From assembly GCA_964558575.1 (NCBI GenBank), contig CAZLEQ010000005.1, positions 3,743 through 67,742 of the forward strand: 64,000 bases of DNA. Reading direction: 5' to 3'. Shown piece by piece: positions 40,401 to 48,745 of the stretch. Origin of the DNA: an uncultured Acidimicrobiaceae bacterium. Lineage in GTDB: Bacteria; Actinomycetota; Acidimicrobiia; Spongiisociales; ZC4RG35. Each line of letters opens with the position of its first letter. Position 1 is the first letter of the stretch. Position numbers and translations under genes: made by a program. The notes under the pieces were generated by a model. It was not told the DNA's origin. It did no database searches and saw nothing but the letters and a program-made list of their open reading frames with translations.

Positions 40401-40738
40401 GTTTCGTCCGTGACCGGCTCGTGGGTTGTCTCACCGCAGCGGAGGCTCTCGAAGTGCGTCGCAACCAGGCCCGGGTCAAGGTGGCCGGGGTGGTCACCCA
40501 CCGACAGCGGCCCGGGACGGCGCGCGGGGTCTATTTCCTCAATCTGGAGGACGAGACCGGTCTTCTCAACATCGTGGTGCTTCCCGACGTGTGGGCCCGG
40601 CACCGTCGTGTCGTCCGCAAGAGCCCCGCCCTGGTGATCCATGGTCGTCTCGAGTACCACGACGGGGTTACCAACATCGTCGCCCGTGACTTCGATCCGA
40701 TCGGGGTGACAACCGTCCGGTCCCGAGATTTCAGGTAG
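37418..40738 (+). CDS. dnaE2: Error-prone DNA polymerase DnaE2 (ImuC)
   Basis: PHP YAELHCHTNFSFLDGAS, PDIDVDF, FGFPESH, QRPGTA, C-terminal SRDFR. Confidence 0.97.
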   Translation: MARYAELHCHTNFSFLDGASHPEDLVQRAMDLGYEALAVTDHNGFYGTSRLWQAAKETGLAVIYGVEIALERPDPGGGPDPVFRAEEWDRKRHGRSKGGQGRLRRGRSVRSHGVKPTRLPESDHLVLLAGSPDGYRALSHLVTRAQMLGEKDHPIYTWDDLAVAATNRAVHALTGCRHGAVPKATSEGLAAVVRETSRLREIFGPRLHMELWHHGMPEDDSRNDMIWEVGRKLGLSTLATNQVHYHDRADAHLSEVLAAIGGRRTLAEADGFRPATDERYLKHPKEMEWRFTRYPGAVERSAELGRRLAFDLALVAPRLPDFPMPGHFRDEMDYLRHLTWEGAGEVYPGSDDGIDPAARRRLQYELDIIERLGFPGYFLVVKDLVDFSREQGIYCQIRGSGADSAVCRCIGLTRVDPIRLQLPFERFLSEERGKPPDIDVDFEADRREEVIQYCYRRYGRERAAMVANVITYRARSVLRDVAKTFGFTQAQVDGLSKYVDSHDPAQLRDMDISLPEGVTSEMIYDICWRLDGFPRHLGIHSGGMVIADRPLWQVVPLEWGRMEGRTVIQWDKDDSAAVGIVKFDLLGLGMLNALHLTTDLVEETHGVEIDLARIPQEPAIYESMTRADTVGLFQIESRAQMATLPKMKPKTFYDLAVEVALIRPGPIQGQSVHPYLRRRSGEEPIRYPHPSTEPILEKTLGVPIFQEQLMELARVCAGFDGSQADRLRQAMTHKRSAEAMGRLRHEVYAGMASNGIVGSAADEIWEKLQGFSSFGFPESHSVSFAYIVYMSAWLRFHYPAEYLAGLLNAQPMGFYSPNSLVQDAQRHGVVVLAPCVNLSWHDCTIEPMVTDPDDVVSHLGQEWRRGRGHVADPLRPAVAVRIGLRYVRNLGEREITRIEAARILGGEFSSPEDLASRTGLDVASLEGLAASGALEAVGLGRREGLWAAGALAEIDPERLALSPGVAAPTLPGMTEEEIHRADLWSTSVSSRHPMSFVRDRLVGCLTAAEALEVRRNQARVKVAGVVTHRQRPGTARGVYFLNLEDETGLLNIVVLPDVWARHRRVVRKSPALVIHGRLEYHDGVTNIVARDFDPIGVTTVRSRDFR

Positions 40739-40899
40739 ATGGTGGGTAGCCAGTCGCACGCCTACAGCGAGCGCGGCAGCTGCAGGCCGACCGGCGTCTG
40801 TTCTGGCGAGGATCACAGCTCGCTAGGCGCTCTCAGTGTCAATGCCCGGCAGCGGCCCGGGCGAGATCCTCGTAGGCAACCGCCAGGAGTCGGCCTGCC

Positions 40900-41502
40900 C
40901 TAACGACAGTTGAAGATGTCCCAACCGCCCCCGTGGTAGACCTCCCACGCCGCAGCAGCGGTCGATGCCTCCGGGTCGGTGGCATCGATGCCCGGGAATC
41001 CGGCGTTGTCAGCCCTCTCATCCCAATAGCGGGGGAGATGGTTGTACACGCCCACCCCGCCGGTGCGGGCATCGACGGCGTTGGGGTCGAAGCGGGACTC
41101 GCACCAGGCGATGCGCACGGCGCGGTTCACGTCCTGGGGCTCGAAGTAGAGGCTGGCGAGGGCCCGCACCTCGACCTCCGACAGCCAACCCGCGGTTGGT
41201 GGCGTGATGGGGGTGGAGGCGGACTCCGCCCTTTCCTCGCCTTCCTCATCGACGACGGCGCTCTCGGCCGTGTCGGCGGACTCGGCGGTCATGGCCACCG
41301 CGGCAGAGGTCCCATCGTCTCCGAGCAACGCGAAGTTGAGTCCCGCATAGGCACCGGCGGTGTGTCCGATCGCAGCGGCCGCAGCATCCGCCTGCATCTC
41401 GTCGGGATCGGCTCCAGAAGTGCCGAACGCGGCAAAGCCGGCGACAGCCAGCAGTGCGACGGCTACCCACCCAGCGACAAATGAGAGACGTTTAGAGCGC
41501 AT
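40900..41502 (-). CDS. Secreted SLT/Rpf-like lytic transglycosylase domain protein
   Basis: Signal/TM segment, low-complexity linker, AVRIAWCESRFDPNA, GGGW. Confidence 0.75.
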   Translation of the reverse strand: MRSKRLSFVAGWVAVALLAVAGFAAFGTSGADPDEMQADAAAAAIGHTAGAYAGLNFALLGDDGTSAAVAMTAESADTAESAVVDEEGEERAESASTPITPPTAGWLSEVEVRALASLYFEPQDVNRAVRIAWCESRFDPNAVDARTGGVGVYNHLPRYWDERADNAGFPGIDATDPEASTAAAAWEVYHGGGWDIFNCR

Positions 41503-41562
41503 TGAGCATTGACTCCATGTGGGTCGGTGACCCACACCCAGGGGACCCGAACCCTACCCAAC

Positions 41563-41595
41563 TGTGGATAACAATGCATCTGCCACTGTGGATAA
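41563..41595 (-). promoter_or_regulatory. Two perfect DnaA boxes (TTATCCACA)
   Basis: TGTGGATAA at 41563-71 and 41587-95 on the + strand, intergenic. Confidence 0.75.
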
Positions 41596-41613
41596 GTGCA
41601 TCCGCCGCCCGGT

Positions 41614-42750
41614 TCAGACAGTCTCCAGCGCCAAACCGATGCGTTCCATCATCTCGACGAGTATCCCGGGGTCGGTGGCGAAATTGAGCCTGACGTGCTG
41701 GTCGCCCCCACCCCGGAAGTGGGCTCCCCCGCTGGTAGCGACTCGGGCGTTGTCGATCAGGAAGCGGTAGGGATCGTCGAGCCCGTACCCCGCGAGGTCG
41801 AGCCAGGCGAGGTAGGTCGCCTCCGGCGGGGTGAGGCGGGCTCGGGGGAGGTGTTCGGCCACCAACGAGATGACCAGATCCCGGTTGGCGGCGAGTTGTC
41901 CTCTGACCTCCTCGAACCACTCCCGCCCCTTCGAGTAGGCCGATTCCGCGGCGATGAGCCCGAGTGTCCCCACCCCGACCATGTGGGGGGCGAAGTAGTC
42001 CTTCCATATCTTGCGGTCGGCCTCGTCGGTCAACACCACCTGGGCGCATTTGAGCCCCGGCAGGTTCCATGCTTTCGATGCGGCCGTGACCGTCACCGTG
42101 TTGACCGGGTCGAGGATGGCGACGGGGACGTGGGATCGGTCATAGGTGATCGGGCCGTGGATCTCGTCGGCGATCACCCGGGCGTTATGGCTCGTCGCCA
42201 GAGCGACAACCTCTTCGAGCTCTTCCCAGGTCAGCATCCGACCGGTCGGATTCCAGGGATTGCACACCACGACGGCGCCGGCACCGGCGACGAGACCTGC
42301 CTCGATCGCACCCAGATCCAGGGTGTAGCGCCCGTTTCGGTCGACCCGGCTCGGGGCCTCGATGATCTCGCGACCCGCCTGTTCGACCATCGAGAAGAAC
42401 GGGAAGTAGACGGGAGTGTGCAGGACGACCGGCGACCCGGGCCGGGTGAGGTGGACGATGGCCCTTCTGATACCTTCGATCACGTCGGGGGCCGGGAACA
42501 CCCAGGTGGGGTCGACCGACCAGTCGAACCAGTCGGCCCAGAAGTGGACCGCGGCCTCGGCCACCGCCTGCTCGGCTTCCGGGTAAGGGTAGCCGGTGAT
42601 GCCATCGTCTACGGCTCTGTGGAGTGCCTCGCTCACTGCTGGCGCCAGGCCGAAGTCCATCTCCGCCACCCAGGCAGGCAAGACGTCTTCGTCGTAGTAG
42701 GTCCACTTGAGGCCGCCGAGCCGACGGAGACGATCAGCCGTGGTGTTCAT
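41614..42750 (-). CDS. MalY/PatB family PLP-dependent C-S lyase/aminotransferase
   Basis: LPAWVAEMDF, CNPWNPTG, DEIH, SKAWNLPGL, ATYLAWLD, RLNFA. Confidence 0.92.
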   Translation of the reverse strand: MNTTADRLRRLGGLKWTYYDEDVLPAWVAEMDFGLAPAVSEALHRAVDDGITGYPYPEAEQAVAEAAVHFWADWFDWSVDPTWVFPAPDVIEGIRRAIVHLTRPGSPVVLHTPVYFPFFSMVEQAGREIIEAPSRVDRNGRYTLDLGAIEAGLVAGAGAVVVCNPWNPTGRMLTWEELEEVVALATSHNARVIADEIHGPITYDRSHVPVAILDPVNTVTVTAASKAWNLPGLKCAQVVLTDEADRKIWKDYFAPHMVGVGTLGLIAAESAYSKGREWFEEVRGQLAANRDLVISLVAEHLPRARLTPPEATYLAWLDLAGYGLDDPYRFLIDNARVATSGGAHFRGGGDQHVRLNFATDPGILVEMMERIGLALETV

Positions 42751-43831
42751 ACCCCGACCCCAAGCGATCGATCACCCAGGACCACTCCGGCCGGGCCGGG
42801 TCGAGCAGCGAGAAGTGGTCACACGAGGCGCGGTGATGCTCGATGCCGTGTTGCCCGGCGTAGGCCACCGAGCTGGCGACCGGGACGATCTGGTCGTCGT
42901 CACCGTGGACCAGGACCGTCTCCACTCCCCCCGGGCCAAGATCCTGGGGCGCTCCCTGGCCCAACATCTCCCGGCACTGCTCGGCCCCCACATCTCCTGC
43001 CTCCACGGCGGCGGTGAGGGAGAGCAGGGGGGCCAGGGCGATGTGGACGTCGACCGGTACCCGTGTTCGAGTGGCCGCCCACATCAGCAGATAGGCGCCC
43101 GCCGAATGGCCCACCAGGATCAGACGGCGGAGATCGGTTGCCATCCTGGGGGTTGAGTCGAGGGCGGTGAGGACGTCGTGACCCGACCCCGGCCAGCCGC
43201 CACCCGCCCCCAGCCGGCGGTACTCGATGTTCCAGGTGCTGTATCCCCGCTTGGTCAGGTCCACGGCGAGACTCTCGGTCAGGTCCCTGGCGAACTCGTG
43301 CTTCCACAGCCCGCCGTGGGCCAGGATCACCAGGTCGGGGCCTCCTGCCCTGAAATCGCCGATGTTGTCCTCATGGGGACCGTATCGCACCGTCTCGAAC
43401 GACCCCTCCGCCCGATTGACCAGGTGCCGGATGGCGGCGCGGTAGCCGGCCGCCCCTCGCCCGTAGATACTGAGAGCGCAGGCATCGGCCACGAGTGAAA
43501 TCGCTCGCCACGGCTCACGCTGGCGGATGTTGGAGATGTGCACCTCCACGGCCGGTGCGCTCACTGCGGCGATGGCGTCGGCGATGGCGTGCGAGGTGTG
43601 TGTGAAAGCGCCGGGGTTGATGACGATGCCGTCCCCGTCGAACGTTTGGATCGCCTCGATGATGTCCTTCTCGCCGTTGTACTGCACAGTGTCGATGTCG
43701 GCGCCCAGCTCCACTCCCCATGCGGTGATCTGCTCCTCCAATTCGGCGAAGGCTGTGGACCCGTAGACCTCGGGCTGGCGGGTGCCCAACAGGTTCAGAT
43801 TCGGGCCGTTGATTGCCAGGAGGCGCATCAA
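42734..43831 (-). CDS. aroQ: Type II 3-dehydroquinate dehydratase fused to alpha/beta hydrolase
   Basis: NGPNLNLLG.R.P..YG, NPGAFTHTS, EVHISN; then HGG.W, EYRR, GHSAG, HGDDD, DHF. Confidence 0.88.
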   Translation of the reverse strand: MMRLLAINGPNLNLLGTRQPEVYGSTAFAELEEQITAWGVELGADIDTVQYNGEKDIIEAIQTFDGDGIVINPGAFTHTSHAIADAIAAVSAPAVEVHISNIRQREPWRAISLVADACALSIYGRGAAGYRAAIRHLVNRAEGSFETVRYGPHEDNIGDFRAGGPDLVILAHGGLWKHEFARDLTESLAVDLTKRGYSTWNIEYRRLGAGGGWPGSGHDVLTALDSTPRMATDLRRLILVGHSAGAYLLMWAATRTRVPVDVHIALAPLLSLTAAVEAGDVGAEQCREMLGQGAPQDLGPGGVETVLVHGDDDQIVPVASSVAYAGQHGIEHHRASCDHFSLLDPARPEWSWVIDRLGSGYEHHG

Positions 43832-44577
43832 GCCACCCCGGGCAGATGCTCGGCCAGGAGGCGCTCCGCACGGCGGGCGATCTCGGGTGGCAGTTCGCCC
43901 TCGGCCAGGGAGAACCGCCGTTGGAACTGCTCCTCGATGCTCTTCACCACCATATCGTTGGTGAGCCCGGGCGAGCGGTCTGCCAGCGACCCCGCGGTAC
44001 GGGGATCCCAGTCGAGGCCCAACGCCCGGTATACCGGGATCAAGACGTTACGGATGCGGTCGCCGTCGTCGACGACAACGACTCCTCCGATGTGCGCAGC
44101 TCGTCTGACCAGACGCTGGCCCACACCCATCACCTTGACTTTTCCACCGACGTTCACCGACCACCGGCCCCGGCAGTACTCGCCCGGGAGCTCTCCGATC
44201 CTGGCATCGACTCCGAGCGACTCGAACGCCTCGCTCATGAGGGTGGAGACCATCTCGAATCGGTCGTGGATCCCGGTCTTGGGTTCAGCTTCGGGGAGGG
44301 CCAGGGAGAAGGCGACGGTCGACTCGTGAAACACCGCCGCCCGTCCGCCCGCCAAGCGCTCGACGGCGGTGAAACCGTGGGCTCGGGCGGCTCTGACCGC
44401 GGCCTTGTAGCCGGGGGTGACCCGGTCGGCCCGCCCGAAGGCAACCATCGCCCCCGGGATGTGGAGCCGGAGCGTCGCACCCATCTCCCCGGCCGAGACT
44501 GCAGCCAGGATCGAGTGGCTTATCGCCACATCCATCGGCCCCTGCCGGCTAGCGCGGATCAATGTGAGCGAATTCAC
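43828..44577 (-). CDS. Lipoate-protein ligase family protein (LipL-like)
   Basis: RLAGGRAAV, GEYC.G..SV, KVMGVGQR; TATGCT 7 nt before the GTG at 44577. Confidence 0.85.
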   Translation of the reverse strand: MNSLTLIRASRQGPMDVAISHSILAAVSAGEMGATLRLHIPGAMVAFGRADRVTPGYKAAVRAARAHGFTAVERLAGGRAAVFHESTVAFSLALPEAEPKTGIHDRFEMVSTLMSEAFESLGVDARIGELPGEYCRGRWSVNVGGKVKVMGVGQRLVRRAAHIGGVVVVDDGDRIRNVLIPVYRALGLDWDPRTAGSLADRSPGLTNDMVVKSIEEQFQRRFSLAEGELPPEIARRAERLLAEHLPGVA

Positions 44578-44662
44578 CCGATTCAGCATACGGAGGGCAA
44601 CAATGAATCATTGGTACGACCCCTGGAACGGAGATCACGTGTTGAGTCGTTGTGTGGGCGTG

Positions 44663-45448
44663 ATGGAACGGTTGAGATCGAGCCCGGGGACACCCTCGAG
44701 GCTCTTTCCGTTGCTTTCGATCGCGCTCGCCGCCTCACTGGTTGCGTGTGGCGGGTCACCGCTGGAGTCGATCGGCCTGCGCAGCTCGGAGTGGATCAAC
44801 GAGCCCACGGTCCCGACGACGGTCCCCGTCGTCACCACCACGCCCACCGTGGTGGCAGTGGACCGATTGCAATGGGCCAACGATGACATCGAGACCGAGA
44901 ATCTCGGAGAACACAACGCCCTGCTCGCCGAGGTGTTCTCCCGGCGGGAGGGGGACCGGTTCATCCAGGCGAGCCGATATGAGATCGCGGTGGCTCTTCC
45001 GGAGCTGACCTTCCCCGACAAGGCGCCGAACGGGGCGGAGTGGGTCTCGTCCCAGCTGGTATTCGACAACAATGGATCGCTCGCGGACGACCCCACCGCC
45101 GCCTTCGGTATCTGGTCGGCCGAGCCCTACACCCGCTCCCGCTCCGTGGCGCAGATGGTGGTCCTCAGGGTGGCCACCGATATCGAGGCGGCGAACCAAC
45201 TCGCCAGCGGTGAGGGTGACCTGACCTGTGACCGATTCGCCGACCGGACCGCGTCACAGTGCGAGATCCTGACGATCGACGATCGGCCCACCTGGCTGCT
45301 CACCCAGGCCGGTGGTTCGACCCTGGTGTGGTTTGAGGGGCCGCACCGCTACGAGCTCTTCGGCCGATCCTTCGTCCCCTCCGGGGTGCTGCGTGACATG
45401 AGCGCGGGGATGGTCCCCTTCAGTTCGATTGTGGAAGAGTCGTCGTAA
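44663..45448 (+). CDS. Hypothetical lipoprotein
   Basis: Lipobox LVAC, Thr/Pro linker; no recognised domain. Confidence 0.7.
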   Translation: MERLRSSPGTPSRLFPLLSIALAASLVACGGSPLESIGLRSSEWINEPTVPTTVPVVTTTPTVVAVDRLQWANDDIETENLGEHNALLAEVFSRREGDRFIQASRYEIAVALPELTFPDKAPNGAEWVSSQLVFDNNGSLADDPTAAFGIWSAEPYTRSRSVAQMVVLRVATDIEAANQLASGEGDLTCDRFADRTASQCEILTIDDRPTWLLTQAGGSTLVWFEGPHRYELFGRSFVPSGVLRDMSAGMVPFSSIVEESS

Positions 45449-45478
45449 GGTCTAGGGCTCCTCTCCGGGAGACGAATC

Positions 45479-47371
45479 ATCTTTCACAGCGGTGGGTGGT
45501 GGAGCTACCTCAGATACGACGAGGAGCAAGACCGGCCTGACTTGGACAGGGACCTGCTGAGACGGGTCTGGGCCTACGGGCGTCCCTACCAGCGCGGGCT
45601 GGCCGGGATCCTGGTCACCATCGTCGTCATCTCCACGGTCTCGGTCATCCCCGCCATCCTGATTCGGGAGCTCCTCGACGTGGCGATAGACGACCGTGAC
45701 GTCCGGTACCTGACCATCCTCGGCCTGGGCATGGTGGCAGTCCCGCTGGTGAACGCCGTCGTCGGCATCGTCCAGCGTTGGCTCTCCTCGAAAGTGGGTG
45801 AGGGGATCATCTTCGACCTGCGCCGCGAGCTCTATGCCCACCTGCAGAGGATGTCGCTGCGCTTCTTCACCGCAACCAAGACAGGTGAGCTGATGAATCG
45901 GCTCAACTCCGACGTCGTCGGGGCCCAGCAGGCGATCACGGGCACCTTCGTGACCATCGTCTCCAATGTGGTGTCGGTGACCGTGATCCTGATCGTCATG
46001 TTCGGCGAGGAGTGGCGTCTCACCCTGCTCGCCATCGCAGCGCTCCCCTTGTTCGTCATACCCGCCCGACGGGTGGCCAAGGTGCTGCGCCGGATAACCC
46101 AACAGCAAATGGAGCACGAGGCGCGGATGTCGGGGATCCTCCAGGAGTCGTTCAACGTCTCCGGAGCCCAACTGATCAGGCTGTTCGGCCGCTGGGACGA
46201 GGAGATGGCCCGGTTCTCACACGCCGCCGACAATGTCCGCGACTACGGGATCAGGCGGGCCACCGTGGGGCGGGGGTTCTTCGCCGCCCTCGGCCTGGTG
46301 TCGGCGGTGGGCACGGCGGCCGTGTTCTGGGTCGGTGGGCTGATGGTCATCGAGAGTGACATCTCGAAGGGGACGATCGTGATGTTCGCCACGCTGTTGA
46401 CCCAGCTGTACGGGCCGCTGTCGGCCATAACCAACTCCAGAGTCGAGTTTGCCACCTCCCTGGTGTCCTTCGAGCGAGTGTTCGAGGTCCTCGACCTCGA
46501 TACCGACATCGTGTTGCCCGCCGATCCCGAGCCCTTGAGCGGGGCGGGCAGAGTGGAGTTCGATGGTGTCTCCTTCCGTTATCAGGGCGATGGCCCGGAG
46601 GGCTTGGAGGCGGTGCAGAGGTTCAGCTGGCACCATCGGGGGGACGGCCCAGGGGTGGTTCCGCAACCGTCGTCGCGAGATTGGGCCCTCGAAGATGTGA
46701 GCTTCGTCGCCGAGCCGGGGACCCTGACTGCGCTGGTCGGGCCGTCGGGGGCGGGCAAGACCACCATCTCCTACCTCGTGCCGCGTCTCTACGACGTCAC
46801 CCGGGGAAGGGTGCTCATCGATGGAGCTGACGTGCGAGAGGTGTCTCTCGAGGATCTGGCCGCCACCGTGGGAGTGGTCACCCAGGAGACCTACTTGTTT
46901 CACGACACCATCGCGGCCAATCTCCGTTACGCGCGGCCCGATGCCGACGATGCCGAACTAATCGCGGCGGCCACTGCGGCCAACATCCATCAGATGATCG
47001 AGCGGTTGCCCGAAGGCTATGAGACGGTGGTCGGGGAGCGTGGATACCGTCTCTCCGGTGGAGAGAAGCAGCGCATCTCCATCGCCCGGGTGGTTCTCGC
47101 CGACCCGAAGATCCTCATCCTCGATGAGGCGACCTCACATCTCGATTCGCGTTCGGAGGCCTTGATCCAACAGGCCTTGGAGACGCTCATGAAGGGACGG
47201 ACCTCCATCGTGATCGCCCATCGGTTATCCACCGTGAGGGCCGCGGATCAGATCCTGGTCATCGACGAGGGTCGGATCGTCGAACGCGGCAATCACGAGC
47301 AACTCGTGGGGCGCAGCGGCCTATACGCCGAGTTGAGCCGGACTCAGTTCGCCGGAGGTCTCACCGCTTGA
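45479..47371 (+). CDS. ABC transporter, fused permease/ATPase (MdlB-like)
   Basis: TM domain plus GPSGAGKT, LSGGEKQR, LDEATS, IAHRL; start ambiguous (ATC 45479 or TTG 45542). Confidence 0.92.
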   Translation: MFHSGGWWSYLRYDEEQDRPDLDRDLLRRVWAYGRPYQRGLAGILVTIVVISTVSVIPAILIRELLDVAIDDRDVRYLTILGLGMVAVPLVNAVVGIVQRWLSSKVGEGIIFDLRRELYAHLQRMSLRFFTATKTGELMNRLNSDVVGAQQAITGTFVTIVSNVVSVTVILIVMFGEEWRLTLLAIAALPLFVIPARRVAKVLRRITQQQMEHEARMSGILQESFNVSGAQLIRLFGRWDEEMARFSHAADNVRDYGIRRATVGRGFFAALGLVSAVGTAAVFWVGGLMVIESDISKGTIVMFATLLTQLYGPLSAITNSRVEFATSLVSFERVFEVLDLDTDIVLPADPEPLSGAGRVEFDGVSFRYQGDGPEGLEAVQRFSWHHRGDGPGVVPQPSSRDWALEDVSFVAEPGTLTALVGPSGAGKTTISYLVPRLYDVTRGRVLIDGADVREVSLEDLAATVGVVTQETYLFHDTIAANLRYARPDADDAELIAAATAANIHQMIERLPEGYETVVGERGYRLSGGEKQRISIARVVLADPKILILDEATSHLDSRSEALIQQALETLMKGRTSIVIAHRLSTVRAADQILVIDEGRIVERGNHEQLVGRSGLYAELSRTQFAGGLTA

Positions 47372-47880
47372 GTCTGGATCTCCGCGGCGAGGGCATCGCC
47401 CCATCGGTCGATGGCGTCCCAGTCGCGGAAGTCACCCTCGGGGGCCCGTAGGGCGATCACGATCGCCTTCTCCCCCAGACTCAGCGAGGACCGGTCGATC
47501 TTGCCCGAGAACACCTTGTGGTCACGGGCGATGGTGAGCTTGCGGACCTCCGCGGCATCCACCGGGTCCTCCTCGGGCTTGGGCGGATCGCCCATCGGGC
47601 CGCTGGAGAAGATCCAGGTCGGTGCGGGCTGCTCCATGGCTGCCACCCTCTGGGCGAGTGCCATCGCGTCCGAAGTCCAGCGACCGGCATACACCGCGCT
47701 GCCCAGGACGATGGCATCGAATCTGTCGAGGTCACCCACGTCATCGGGTCTCTCCTCGATGACCCGGCAACCGCCCCGACCCAGGGCGCCGGCGATGCGA
47801 GATGCGATCTCGGCCGTGGCGCCATGCTTGGACCCGGCTGACACCAGCACGGTGGGCCCTGCCCCATGTGAAGAGGTCAA
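47344..47880 (-). CDS. Flavodoxin-domain protein (HemG-like)
   Basis: SKHGATAEIA, GSAVY.G.W, FSSGP, GDFRDWDAI. Confidence 0.85.
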   Translation of the reverse strand: MTSSHGAGPTVLVSAGSKHGATAEIASRIAGALGRGGCRVIEERPDDVGDLDRFDAIVLGSAVYAGRWTSDAMALAQRVAAMEQPAPTWIFSSGPMGDPPKPEEDPVDAAEVRKLTIARDHKVFSGKIDRSSLSLGEKAIVIALRAPEGDFRDWDAIDRWGDALAAEIQTQAVRPPAN

Positions 47881-47892
47881 TGCAACCCCCCT

Positions 47893-48105
47893 CTATTGTC
47901 CGGGCTCGTTGCCAGAACGAATGGCGCGTCCGATCGAGGTGGCCACGACGACGGCACCGAGCAGGATGACGAACACCGGCCCGACGAGGCGGAGGTCGAT
48001 GGAGGAGATGTCCCACCATCCCAGACCCACCGCGGTGAGCGCCGCTCCCGAGATCGCCAGGATCAAGCCCCAGAGAAACGTGCCCACGTGAAGTCGTTCA
48101 TTCAT
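47893..48105 (-). CDS. Small 2-TM protein of the pspC operon
   Basis: 70 aa, hydrophobic, overlaps the upstream gene. Confidence 0.65.
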   Translation of the reverse strand: MNERLHVGTFLWGLILAISGAALTAVGLGWWDISSIDLRLVGPVFVILLGAVVVATSIGRAIRSGNEPGQ

Positions 48106-48745
48106 CGGTCACTACCACCTTTCCCGCGAAGATCCGCAGATCGAGGCCCAGACCGCCGTCCTCGCTGCTGAACCCGGGTGATCGATATGTTTCGTTGATT
48201 CCCACACCGTCGGTGAAACGGTCGAGGATCTCCGCCTGTCCGGCTCCGACCTGTGTCTCCACGGATATCTCTGCTCCCGCTGGTATCCGCACGATCAGCT
48301 CCCCCATACCCACACTTGCCCTCAGTCCTGTGGCGTCGAGGTCGCCGATCTGTCTCAGGTCGAGGGTCAGCTTTCCCATTGCGAGGTTGTAGTCCGCGCG
48401 GATGTCGTCCACCGAGGTGATCTCCACCGTTCGGTCTCCGATGCCCCCCTGGAACCCCTCGAAGGGGGCGGCGGCAGTCAAGAGGGTGACCAAGGCGAGG
48501 ATCGTCCCGAAGACGATCAATCCGCCATGTGCCCCTTGACGGGCGAGGAGCATCAAAGCCAGCCCCGCCAGGGTGGTGGCGATCCCGAGCACGGCGGTGA
48601 CACTGAGATCGATTACCGCACTGCGCTCCAATAGCCAGAGGACGCCGATCAGGACCAGGATTCCGCCGCCCACGATCTGTGGGAGGTGCCGGTCCGCCCT
48701 GTTGGGTGACGTGGCCTCGGCTGAGGGCTTGTCAACGAGTGTCAC
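48098..48745 (-). CDS. LiaF-like (DUF2154) envelope stress protein
   Basis: TMs followed by G.L.LDL, VGMGEL.V.IP, V.AG beta-repeat. Confidence 0.75.
   Translation of the reverse strand: MTLVDKPSAEATSPNRADRHLPQIVGGGILVLIGVLWLLERSAVIDLSVTAVLGIATTLAGLALMLLARQGAHGGLIVFGTILALVTLLTAAAPFEGFQGGIGDRTVEITSVDDIRADYNLAMGKLTLDLRQIGDLDATGLRASVGMGELIVRIPAGAEISVETQVGAGQAEILDRFTDGVGINETYRSPGFSSEDGGLGLDLRIFAGKVVVTDE

Noticed and set aside
41503-41613. oriC or c-di-AMP riboswitch upstream of the SLT gene
   Set aside because: Only two DnaA boxes, no AT-rich unwinding element or dnaA/dnaN; leader too short for a ydaO aptamer
47225-47233. TTATCCACC DnaA-like box
   Set aside because: Single mismatched copy inside the conserved HRLST codons of the ABC gene
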